A program made the position numbers and the translations under genes. The notes below the pieces were generated by a model. The model had not been told where the DNA came from. It saw only the letters and a program-made list of their open reading frames with translations, and searched no databases. A stretch of DNA of 60,843 nt, filler included, from Nemertoderma westbladi (Eukaryota > Animalia > Xenacoelomorpha), in NCBI GenBank assembly GCA_032718475.1. It is 3 parts of 3 records of this genome, joined end to end, with 100 filler letters (N's around TTAATTAATTAA, not from the genome) between each part and the next. Parts side by side here need not be neighbours in the genome. Positions count along the whole stretch, not along the records: positions 1 to 22,408 come from JAUCBJ010002947.1; 2 more parts are not named here. One strand, written 5' to 3'. Positions 1 through 11,353 of the stretch are shown here, one piece after another; positions within the stretch are counted from its first letter, which is position 1, and each line of letters starts with the position of its first letter.

Positions 1-184
1 TAACTTTAGTAAATTTAATGTATCATAAAATAGTTTACTTAGTAAATGTAATGTATCCTAAAATAGTTTTCTTTCTATAGCTTTCTTTCTAAAATAGTTT
101 TCTTTCTATAATTTTCTTTCCACTTCACTATCAGTTTATAAAATAGTTTTCTTTCTATAATTTTCTTTCCACTTCACTATCAGT

Positions 185-2050
185 TTATAAAATAGTTCTA
201 GATATAGGCCTATATTTTATTCGGTAATACTGTATGGGCGAACCAGAGTTAAGTTCCGGGTTCCATCTCAGTAGGGCACCATGGCTGCGCAGTGGATAGT
301 TCTTTGTCACCTTAGATGGTCTCGCCACATCCGATGCATCTGAGACAGATGTTGATAGAGGAGGTTCTATGGGATTATTAGGGACGGTCTGAGGGACTCG
401 CATGTTGGTTGTAGAACATTCTATATCGTTGCTATTGTAATCCCATGGCTTCATTGGGTTGGTCTTGGTCCAGGATGGTTCCAAATGTTCTGGGCGGCGC
501 TGGACAACTTTGATGTGGTTTTTACTGCGTTTTAGAATACTTTCACCACGTTGCACTGTCAACTGACTCCCCTTGACCTGCGTTACATGGTAAGGTCTAG
601 GATCAAAAGGAGGTTTAATTGATGTCTTTGTTTGTTCGATAAGGACCGTATCATCTCTCTTGATAGTTTTATGTGTTGCCCTGTGGTGCTTGTCGAACTG
701 AAGTTTTTGCTAACTTCTTGGCATCATGTTCAGCACGAATCTCTTTGAGATCAGCAGACTCAGAGAGTGGAGCAAAACTGGGCAGTTTGGTTTTCATTTT
801 CCGGTTAAAAAGTAGTTCAGCTGGAGATCGACCTGTGGTCGAATGTGGTGTGGAACGATACTGTATCAAGTACCGATTGATCTCATTGCGAGTTTTTTTC
901 CTTCACAGACAGCGTGTATATTATCTTGCACAGTACCTTGACAAAACTCTCAGCGAACCCATTGCGCTGGGGGTCTCTGGGTGTCACTGGAGTATGTTTA
1001 AACCCCATTCGTTTAGAGTACTTCAAAAATTAATCACTACCATCAGGTGGTCCATTATCTGAAGTTAACTCGTCGGGAATACCATGAGTGGCGAACACAC
1101 GATCTAAGCATGGTTCTAGTTTTGTGAAGCTGATAGATGTGACAATGTCAACCTCAGGGTACTTTGAATACTGGTCAATGATCAAATGGAGGTAATACTG
1201 AGACCGTATGTGACCTTTAAAATCTGCATGCAGTTTCTGCAATGGCCGATCTGGCAATGGATTAGGTTTCAGAGGTTCTGGAAAGGTGTGCTTAGTGGAT
1301 GCTAAAATGCACGTTTTAACGTATTCTGCAACAGCAGCTGTCATTCCAGGGAACCAACATGATTGACGAATAAATGATAATATGGTTTTGTCTTGTCACA
1401 TATGGCCTTCGTGGGCAAGACCAATGATGTCCGCCTGCAGGGAGGCTGGAATAACAATTTGGTTATTCCTCATAACAATGCCATCAATGATTGTGAGCTC
1501 AGAGAATATTCTAGAAAAATGTTTTTGAAAAGTTGTACAAAACTTATTAACACAAATATCCTTTATAAGAGTTTGAAGTTCAGGGTCTTTGGTAGTTTCA
1601 TGTTTGACCATTTCCAGTGTAATAGCTTGGGGAAGGGATTCCTCGATCACACGATTAACATATATATCATGGTGATCTTCTACTGCAAACAATTCTTTGT
1701 CTCTTTCATTAAATTCTAGTTTTGGTGGATACCTCGAGCCATAATCGAATTGAACACAATTTAGAACATCTAGTTGATGCGCAACGGAAACAGGGTTTAC
1801 TTGGTTGGTTACTTGGTTTCCTCCCGAAGGATGTGTGCGAGGTCCCTGAAAATTGTGAAACATTATTTGGTTTACCAATCCGTTGAACTGTTTCTAATTC
1901 ATAAGTTGCTAGAAAATCTGTTTGTCCACGGTTGTTTGCTTTTTCTAGGAGTAAAGGCATACTGTTTGACAGATTGTTCCTTGGCAGACTGTTCTTTAGC
2001 TATACCGAGTTTGAGAAGATCACTAAAAGTGGCCAAAACTAAACAAAAAC
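185..2050 (-). mobile_element. Degenerate, internally deleted Ty3/Gypsy gag-pol remnant
   Basis: Minus-strand fragments: gag end with CFRC knuckle start (1709-1960), integrase zinc-binding lead-in (GIVMRNNQIVIPASLQADIIGLAHEGH), integrase core (LHADFKG...IIDQYSKYPEV...FATHGIPDELTSDNGPP; YRSTPHSTTGRSPAELLFNR). Frameshifts and stops; no LTRs recognised. Confidence 0.9.
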
Positions 2051-3272
2051 ATTAGACACGCCGTAACTTTTGACTTCCTCGATCATTTCCAATAATTTAC
2101 ATCTTAAAATGACCGGCATTTTTTTTATTGAACACCATTTCTTCGCAACGTTACCTATAATATTTTGTAGCACCAATTTTGAGTATAAATTCGAAAAATC
2201 TCTTAGAATTAAAACTTGTATAGTAGTATTATAGGGTAATGTTACCTTAAAAGTCTAACCAAAGCAATAAGTATCACACCTCTTAGTTTACAAACAGTTA
2301 CTGGCCCTTTTAAAACTCATAAACTCAATATTTCGTATACAATGGAACATAATTTGCTCGCCGAGCCATCGTATATCATCATGACATTGAAAGTAAATAA
2401 GTTGAGGCCAGCTGCACAATGCGGTTTTGTTATAAAATTGTATAACTGTAGCAGTACAGATGCTGCTGTTTACTATTATACCAAAAACTCACAAAATTTT
2501 CGACGTTTGAGTACTTTTAAAACAAAAACCGCCATACATTTTTTAAAATCAAATTGTAAAATATTAAGTCATCAAAGAAAATCGGTTGAGTAGTGAAAAA
2601 GTAAATAAAATGTCCGAAAAAAACCACCGCGAGAAATTGCCATTAAAATTTTCTTCTATTTACAACTGAACAAACATGAACCAATTAAGTGAACGCTTTT
2701 GAAATCTTTCAAAAATGACCTTTTATGGTTTTGAAACCTATGGGGTAATTTGTGTTGACTATTCCGAAAATAGAAAATTATTGGTGTTGGATAGTATTCC
2801 TTGGTGGCAATTTTAGAGCTGCACCAAAATTACAAATTCTGGGTGAAAATTTCAAATGTTGCCATGAATCAATAACGAAACAACTTATAAAAAACTGATT
2901 TCAGATTCGGAATCACCATAAAATGTTTTATTGGGGAACTAATTAAAAAAGACTGGGGGAGGTGGGATGAATCGCCCCTTGAAGCTGCTAATCTGAGCGT
3001 TGTAAATGAAATCATGATCTGATATTAAAATTTGAAGATTTATATTTTCTAAAATATATAAGAATTTTACGCAAGTTACTTTATCAATAAATTTATAATA
3101 AGTAACAAAGGTAATTAAAACCTGGATACCTATAGAGAGTAATCTTCGGGAATCAGTATATATTGGAAGGACGAAGAAATATGAATCTGCACCACAAGTT
3201 ACAGTAATTATAAGAAACGCCATATAATATAAGTTAATTTACTCCTAAAAAATTCATTATTTTCAACGATAT

Positions 3273-3703
3273 CTATAACGTAAAGTGTCTAGTATAATCG
3301 TATTCGATGGTTGGGATCACTGCCTGAACGAACTTGAGGAATATAACGAGATAGACAACGACTGCGAGATCCTTACCACCCTCCGCAACAGTTTCAATAA
3401 TCTTCTTCATGACATCGGCGTGGCGACACGGATGTACGGAGGCCATGGGGGGCGGCGGGAGATGGGGGTGTGGTTCTATGGTGACGGTACGTTTAACGTG
3501 GTCCTGCGATATGTCCTCGTACAACTGCTTCTGCGTGAGGGGTTTCCGTGACTCGTTGTAGCCGGCCAGCCACAGTCGGGGCGTCTGGTAGTATTTATCG
3601 TAGGAGATCATGAGATCGTAGGTTCGGGTCTGTACTATCTCGCCCCCCTCGTCACCGGCTGCCTCATTACTGGGTTCATCTTTAGTCGCCAATTCTGCCG
3701 TTC
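3273..3703 (-). CDS. ATG3: ATG3 coding exon 3 (last)
   Basis: [21 protein letters not shown]...[10 protein letters not shown] (catalytic HPC)...[17 protein letters not shown]; acceptor ttacAG; phase 1 matches exon 2. Confidence 0.97.
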
Positions 3704-4372
3704 CTGTAATTAATTTTTTAATAATATTTATTTAATCTTAACCCTAGGTCATGATTAAAAATTGTTGTCGAATTTCGGAAGTAGTTATTGTCATTGGCTC
3801 GAATATACACCAAAATATTTTTATTTATAGCATGTGTTGAAAGAGCATCGAGGTAGAAAAGGTTTGCAAGTAATTTGAGCAAAAAACATTCGCACACTCA
3901 AAAGTTAGTTATTTAGAGTCTGAGTGGTGAACACCAAAACGGAACTCAAAATCCAATTGGTTTATATAGTTTAGCGGCTCTTTAGTTACGTAATAAATAA
4001 TCGAGAACACGAAATTATTTAACATTGAGTTAGGCAGCATCGGGAGTTGAGGTGTACAGTAATTTGAATCGCAGTAACTATGGCAGCAATATAGATTGAG
4101 ATTACATGACATTAAATTTTTTTGTCAATATTCTCTCGACTCGTTATCAACCATTCTGACGCTCGGTAAATATAATATCTCGAGAATATTGATCAAAGTT
4201 ATACTTTTTCCCAAATAATAAATAATTATAAATTACAGTTGGGTTCGCCACGTGCGACGCTGCGAGGTTAACTTTTCGGGTATTTATCAAATATATTCCA
4301 AAATAAGTGTCTATATAACAAACACGTTATTCGGATGTCTGATGGAATCTACTTTCTCTGAAATATTATTAC

Positions 4373-4517
4373 CTGAGTCTTCCTCTAATAAACCAGACTC
4401 CTCATAGTCCTCCATATCGGCAGCCTCTTCTTCGTCATCATCTTCTTCATCAACATGAGGAGTTACAACAACAGCCTCCGGATGTGATTTACTACCATCT
4501 AACGTCATTTCCGAAAC
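4373..4517 (-). CDS. ATG3: ATG3 coding exon 2 (acidic flexible region)
   Basis: VSEMTLD...DEEDDDEEEAADMEDYEESGLLEED; acceptor ttttAG, donor GTAATA; 145 nt, phase 0 to 1. Confidence 0.95.
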
Positions 4518-4659
4518 CTAAAATAGTAATGATAATATAATCGTCTACCAGTAGGCCTACTTTTTTCTGTCGTCATTATGCACTGCAGCGCAGCTCATTA
4601 TATTATTATACCGTACATCATAGAATGCGCAGTCGGTTTAGTACTGTAGTGTTGTACCT

Positions 4660-4850
4660 AGTGATGCGAACTGAATGAAAATTTGACTTGCTTCGGTTTC
4701 AGTTTCAGTTCTAATAAACACGTTCATTTCAGTTCAAGTTTCAGTTCCGAAAAAAGAATAATTTCAGTTTTAATTCTAGTTTCAGTTCTAATAAACCTAT
4801 TTATTTCAGTTCCAGTTTCCAAAAAGAAATAGTTTCAGTTACAGTTTTAG
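4660..4850. repeat. Cluster of TTCAGTT(T/C) short repeats, probable DNA-transposon subterminal region
   Basis: About ten ttcagtt motifs after TAGTGATG; partner end not found. Confidence 0.4.
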
Positions 4851-5198
4851 AAAGTTTTGCAAGTGTCTTGTTAACATACATAACAAGCTGGCGTGGCCAA
4901 TCGTTTGGTTCCCACCGATGGATCCGACTGCCATTTATTAAATTTTTAATGAAAATAACCGGTATAATGTTTTTAGCTGCAAAAAGGTAATTGTTAGGTT
5001 TACAATTACGTACAATTACGTATTATTTATATTTAAAAAGGACAGCAGACGGACAGGACTAAATAAGTGCGCAGGTTACAGTATCTGCAATCAGATCAGG
5101 TTCTAGTGTGCCGTCAAAGTGATGTGCGATGAGCTACATAATTTTTTAGAACAATATAATTATTATTTATTATACAGTTATATTATTATACAGTTAAA

Positions 5199-5429
5199 GG
5201 CGGGGTAGCTCAGTTGGTTGAGCGCCGGGCCTGCAATCTATTGGTTGTAGGTTCAGCCCCGCCAGGGTCCACTCAGCCTTTCATCCACTGGGGTCGATAA
5301 AATGAGTACCAATTAAATAACTGGGAGCAAATCTTGGGATAGGAGTAGAGCCCACCCCTACCCTCGGGTAGCAGCTATCGAAAGAGGAGCCTTCGGGTCG
5401 CCTCCGGCTTCGGCCGACTGTTTGCTTTG
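5199..5429 (+). mobile_element. tRNA-derived SINE in ATG3 intron
   Basis: Head GGCGGGGTAGCTCAGTTGG (A box) with degenerate B box GGTTCAGCCCC; central CTCAGCCTTTCATCC...GGTCGATAAAATGAGTACC; atacagttatattat repeated at 5172-5186 and 5430-5444. Confidence 0.85.
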
Positions 5430-6753
5430 ATACAGTTATATTATCAATAATTTTTGCAACGAATTCTTATGTACCGGTATTTAATTGTAAAAGCATGTCA
5501 GATTGTACTGTATTCTGCAATAAGCAGAGATATGAGAATGGAGCGAGCAAGAAAAGTTTTCGAATTTTGCATAGGGCCTATGTAAAAAGTATGTTTCTAC
5601 TGTATGTGTTTGAAAAGAAAATTGTGCAGTGAGAAAGGCCATTTTGTTATAAACAATTACAGAGTACCCGGTAATTTTTAAATAAGTGCCTATAATAATG
5701 GGATCGTAGAGAGCAAAATAAATCTTTAAACAATTACTTTACACAATGGTATATATTTACAACAATAAAAAATGAGCGCATAGTGATTGTGATAGAGGTT
5801 GACAGATCAGTCAGCGGCAACGGTATATGTTATTGTTAGGAATTTTTGTTAATATAATATAATATAAAAATAATATAAAATATAACGAGTAGGACAGTAG
5901 GACTATCAGTGTTACTGTCACGCACTCAAAACCTACATTTGTGTGTTAAAATCAGCTTTCTTCATTAGGGCTTACCAGCCCAGCCTTCATGTAAGACAGT
6001 AAGACGTAGGTAGGCCCCACACAGTAGAAAAACTACAAAACATTAACTACCAAAAATGGTGACGGGACATGAGAGTAAAAACGCAAGCACTCATTTTCTG
6101 AACATCCAATAATGTTGCCTGTTTATGAATGCTTTCAGTGGTTTGGGGCAGCTCCGTTTGATTGGTTGTTATGTGAATGCTTGCTATTCTAGACCACATT
6201 TGTAGGTGCTGAATCAACAAGCACTCAATGTAACTTAGTAGTTTACATTTAGATATTAGCGGTCTGCCGGTGGCTCTATGTACTCTAACCAACTTACCTA
6301 ATGAGTGATTGTTTGCAATTGCAGTGACTGACTGTAATAATGAAAGAATGTAGGAATGTACTAAAGTTAACTGAGTTAATGCAGGAATGAAATAGAATAG
6401 ATATGATTGTATTATTGATTATCTTTATTGGTTATACACATCGGCCGTTATTTACCGTACATCTTAATCTTTATTTCAAAATAAATAATAAATATAGTAG
6501 GGGGGGGGGGGGGGGGGGGGGGGGGTTTGTGGGGGAACCTGGGAACTGGACGCAAATCCCGCCTTGGCGAATTAATATCCTGCCTCAATGTTAAATTATT
6601 ATTTTAGGTTCAAGGTTACAGTGGCACGCTATTTTAACCTTTAAACTAAACTCATTAGAACGGATTACAATTTATTTTTGAGAGTAGGCCTACCGGTACA
6701 GGGATGAATTTTTATATATTTATATATTTATTTAGAATATGGCTATGGCTCAC

Positions 6754-7125
6754 CTGGTCATCAATCGCCTTTATTCCACCGGAATCATTGAAGTGGTGAG
6801 TATCTACCCAACCACCCTCGCCTGTGTCTTCTTCAATTACTTTCTCGGACGCAATATACTCCATTTGCCAACAACGTTTATAACAGGGGACATTTTTTGT
6901 CATCAGGAATTGCTTTTCTTTTGGTAGATATTGCTTAATCTTTGACTCATCACCGGACATCCATTGCCATGTTGGACAATGATGAACCAAATAATCTCCG
7001 GCTGCCACGAATTCATCCGGTGTTATAACTCCAGTTTCTTTGAATTTGGATTCTTTTAGAACAGGCGTCAGGTATTCAGCAACACCCAGGGCTGTACCTT
7101 TAACTGAATTAACTAAATTTTGCAT
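6754..7125 (-). CDS. ATG3: ATG3 coding exon 1 (autophagy E2-like enzyme)
   Basis: [55 protein letters not shown]; donor GTGAG. Exons sum 372+145+431=948 nt = 315 aa + stop. Confidence 0.97.
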
Positions 7126-7245
7126 CTTGACAATTGCAATTTCGAACAGGCCTAATAAATTCAGAAATTCATGAACAAGTTTCAGACTGTCAGAGCATAT
7201 ACAGATATAGCAGTATTGTGTACTGCATTCTGCAGTCTGGCAGTA

Positions 7246-7395
7246 GGGGTGCTGGTCACCTCGCCGCACTGCCACTTCGCCGCAGGCAGGCAGGTCACCT
7301 CGCCGCAGATAATGTGCGGCGAGGTGTCTTTGCGGCGAGGTGTCTCACTGTAAATGCCATTTCGTCGCAAATTATCGGACACCTCGCCGCAAGTC
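7246..7395. repeat. Direct and inverted CACCTCGCCGCA repeats (transposon-terminus-like)
   Basis: At least five copies in both orientations. Confidence 0.7.
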
Positions 7396-7403
7396 ATATT
7401 AAT

Positions 7404-8372
7404 CATTTATTTCTATATTTAAAGGGAAGCCTACTAAGCCTAGTAATGCCATATTGGACATTATTACATAAGACAGTAAGAAGAAGTAATACAAAATTAC
7501 GGTAAGGTTTGTTGTTATATTATAAATACTGTATTATTATAGATACAGTACTGCAGTAAGAGTATTTGAGTAACGTATTAGATTATAGTAAAACAGTCCT
7601 AAGCGTATATTTGTCAAAATTGTTGATCAGTTGTTTAAAAGAAGTGTGACGTATGAACAGAACATTACAACACTGACAACAAATATCATTCTACTAAGAA
7701 CATCACATTTGTAATTAAGTAATTACCGGTAAGAACTGTGATCGGTTAACATAAACATACAGTACTGCAGTACCGGTACCGGTACAGCAGTATGAATATA
7801 TTAACCTTTGTCAGTTTGTTGCCTTACTTGGTACTTCCGTTTACGTACTTCTGTACTTAGGCCTAGTCTGTAGTCAGCTAGTTCTGTAGTTAGTAGTTAG
7901 GCCTACTGCATTACCTGATTACTAAAACTACGTGTACGCATTGTATATGTACGTAAATAGTTATTAGATAGATAAATTTCGCAATGAAATGTTTTATTCC
8001 TAATTTCAACTAGCTGACTAGTGAAATATACTGTAGGCATACTGGCATACATTAGGCCTACAATTTTAAATATAATTTTTTTAAATGAAACCTTTCATGA
8101 CGTCACACTTGTTTTAAACAACTGATCAACATTTTTGACAAACATACGATTAGGATTGTTTTACTATAATCTAATACCGGTACGTTAGTACGTTAGTTAG
8201 GCCTACTCAAATACTCAAGTAGGCCTACACTATTATACACTGTAATAGAACAACAAACCTTACCGTATTACCTGTATTATTTTATTTCTTCTTGTAATAA
8301 TGTACAATGCCATAACTACAGAACTAGGCTTAGTACAGTAGTAGGCTTCCCTGTAAATATAGAAATAAATGT
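7404..8372. mobile_element. Diverged long inverted-repeat pair (7404-7652 / 8099-8372), MITE or foldback-like
   Basis: Arms align as reverse complements (e.g. gttgatcagttgtttaaaa / ttttaaacaactgatcaac) around a ~450-bp spacer. Confidence 0.8.
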
Positions 8373-10243
8373 TTAATTAACGGTCCTACTAATTACCCCA
8401 ACCTACCCCAACCTACCACAATCTACCCCAACAATTCGATACAGGCATCTAATTACCACAATGTTATTTTACAATGGCATCTAATTACCACAATATACAG
8501 AACTCAAGTGTCTATTTACCACAAGACTACACTGCATCTAATTACCACAATATTATTTTACAATGGCATCTAATTACCACAATATACAGAATGCAAGTGT
8601 CTAATTACTACAACACTATACTGCGTCTAATTACCACAATCTATTTACCACAAGACTACACTGCATCTAATTACCACAATATTATTTTACAATGGCATCT
8701 AATTACCACAATATACAGAACGCAAGTCTCTAATTACCACAACACTATACTGCGTCTAATTACCACAATATACAGAACGCAAGTGTCTAATTACCACAAG
8801 ACTATACTGCGTCTAATTACAAACAAGACTATACTGCGTCTAATTACCACAAGACTATACTGCGTCTAATTCCACAATCTATTTACCACAAGACTACACT
8901 GCATCTAATTACCACAATATTATTTTACAATGGCATCTAATTACATACCACAATATACAGAATGCAAGTGTGTAATTACCACAACACTATACTGCGTCTA
9001 ATTACTACAATCTATTTACCACAAGACTACACTGCATCTAATTACCACAATATTATTTTACAATGGCATCTAATTACCACAATATACAGAACGCAAGTCT
9101 CTAATTACCACAAGACTATACTGCGTCTAATTACCACAACACTATACTGCGTCTAATTACCACAACACAATACTGCGTCTAATTCCACAATCTATTTACC
9201 ACAAGACTACACTGCATCTAATTACCACAATATTATTTTACAATGGCATCTAATTACCACAATATACAGAACGCAAGTGCTCTAATTACCACAACACTAT
9301 ACTGCGTCTAATTACCACAATATACAGAACGCAAGTGTCTAATTACCACAAGACTATACTGCGTCTAATTACAAACAAGACTATACTGCGTCTAATTACC
9401 ACAAGACTATATACTGCGTCTAATTCCACAATCTATTTACCACAAGACTACCTGCACACTGCATCTAATTACCACAATATTATTTTACAATGGCATCTAA
9501 TTACCACAATATACAGAACGCAGTTTCTATTTACCACAAGACCACACTGCATCTAATTACCACAATATACAGAATGCAAGAGTGTCTAATTACCACAATA
9601 TACAGTACGGTAGTTATTAATATTCAGTGTCTAATTACCGCAAGACTTCACTAACGTCTAATTACCACAATATACAGAACGCAAGTGTCTAATCACGGGT
9701 ACCACAAGACCACACTGCATCTAAACGGAGTTACTGTATATCAACAGGATGTTATTGTTGCCACAATGGGGAAACAATTCTACATTACCACAATATACAG
9801 AACGCAAGTGTCTATTTACAATACTGTACAATACAATACTGTACCAGAAACGGACGAGACACAGGAAATACATAATTTGTAAGTTTAAATACTTTATCGC
9901 AAGTTATAAAATTAACCAATAATTGAATTGTGTTTAAACACCATTTAATTCCGAATAAAAATAGTCTTAGTTTATATAAATCAATTAATGGGGCACAATT
10001 TCAGTATATTATATCCATAACGAAATCAGTTTATTTCATTTAGTAATAAGTTCTACAGTATATAGGTAGGTGAGTCTGTCGGTAGGCCAGTTGGTTAGTC
10101 TGTCGGTCAGTCGGTCGGTCAGTCTGTCGGTGGGTTAGTTGGTCAGTCAGTCGTTTCCCTGTTGTTTCCCCGTTGTAGCAAATACAGTTGTATAACATCT
10201 GTTGTGGCGATTGTGGCCCCCGTTGTGGCGATTGTTTCCTCCT

Positions 10244-10516
10244 TGTGAAGAGTATAATCATTAAAAGGGAGATACCAGCTGCTACCTCTGATCAGATTCA
10301 ATTAACCTTTCCGTCGCCTATACCTAATCCAATATTGTCTCCACTGGGAGATATCAGCTGTGACCTTTGGACTTATTTTGGTGATATTGCTTTGGCTATA
10401 TATTACTGGTGTGGGGAGAATTAAGAGAGATAATTTTGATTGTATTAAACTTGTTTGAATAATTAAATAAACGAAAAAGGTTTTGTATATTTCATTGTCT
10501 TTTTATTAGTTTAACA
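10244..10516 (+). repeat. 5' LTR
   Basis: TGTGAAGAG...TTTAACA; near-identical to 14526-14799. Confidence 0.97.
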
Positions 10517-10538
10517 TTGGCGCAGTGTGATTTCGAAC

Positions 10539-11192
10539 ATGAAACTATCCCTTACTACAGATTTTTCTTGTTGGGAGATGTCAACACGGGCAGAAGTTAA
10601 CTTACTAGTCCTGCAAGGGAAAATCGAGGAGGAAAAGAAAGACGAAGCACTGTTGTTGAAGATACAAGTATCGGTCGAGGATAATATCCTAAAAAAAGTT
10701 CAGATCGATGGACGAACCACAGCTACCTCATTGTTAAAAAAACTTAGAGAGGCTTGGACACAATTGGTCGTTCCAATGGATGGATTAAATTCATTAGAAT
10801 TCGATATCACCTCGAGCGAAGATTTGACAAGCTTTGATGACGCACTAAGGTTACTTAAATATAGACGTACAATCTCAGATGATTTGGCAATTAGCATCTT
10901 CTTGAAAAACATAAAGAACGAATCATCTCAAAAAGTGTTAAAAGCTCAACAGTTTACTTCTTGGGATAGCCTGGTGCAGTTCAATCTGGATACGGGGATA
11001 TCGTTGAACTACCAAGGTCAAGCTCAGTCATATATTCCAGTGTCCGGTGCAGCAACTACAGGGTGTTTCAATTGCGGCATATCCGGCCATTTTGCGAGGC
11101 AATGCTTCAAACGTTGTAGGAAATGCCGCAACGAGAACCACATGGGTAAAGACTGTACCAATCGCAAATCAAAAAACTTCAAATCCCAGTAG
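10539..11192 (+). CDS. gag: Gypsy gag with two CCHC zinc knuckles
   Basis: CFNCGISGHFARQC and CRKCRNENHMGKDC; first ATG after the PBS. Confidence 0.9.
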   Translation: MKLSLTTDFSCWEMSTRAEVNLLVLQGKIEEEKKDEALLLKIQVSVEDNILKKVQIDGRTTATSLLKKLREAWTQLVVPMDGLNSLEFDITSSEDLTSFDDALRLLKYRRTISDDLAISIFLKNIKNESSQKVLKAQQFTSWDSLVQFNLDTGISLNYQGQAQSYIPVSGAATTGCFNCGISGHFARQCFKRCRKCRNENHMGKDCTNRKSKNFKSQ

Positions 11193-11213
11193 TGGGAGGT
11201 GCAGCTACTGGGA
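11171..11213 (+). promoter_or_regulatory. -1 ribosomal frameshift signal (gag-pol)
   Basis: A_AAA_AAC in the gag frame, 6-nt spacer, hairpin TCCCAGTAG...CTACTGGGA; the -1 frame is open into the protease. Confidence 0.85.
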
Positions 11214-11353
11214 GTTCGTTAATAAATCATAGAGCACCGTTCCTTTACGCAGAAATCGAAATGAACGGTGAGAATAGACATATAGCCATGTTAGATACTG
11301 GTTCTGAACTGAATTTAATTTCAAAACAATTAGTTGATGATTTATGTTTAGTA
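11171..11353 (+). pseudogene. pol: Gypsy pol 5' part (aspartic protease), interrupted by an insertion
   Basis: AMLDTGSELNLISKQLVDDLCLV, retropepsin DTG motif. Confidence 0.9.

Noticed and set aside
3739-4271. TTAA-flanked piggyBac-like element
   Set aside because: The termini share too few complementary bases to support it.
5199-5270. tRNA-Cys gene
   Set aside because: Anticodon and acceptor stems do not pair properly and it runs into a SINE body.
7126-7275. 50-aa N-terminal extension of ATG3 in the ORF track
   Set aside because: Starts at a non-ATG codon within repeats; the conserved ATG3 start is MQN at 7125.
8450-9700. CRISPR-like pattern: constant TAATTACCACAA with variable spacers
   Set aside because: Spacers are a few recurring types, the array is mirrored at 15470-16540, there are no cas genes and the context is eukaryotic; it is a foldback arm.
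8474-9882. Repetitive ORFs (also 16317, 30760, 40774-42326)
   Set aside because: Translations of tandem repeats.
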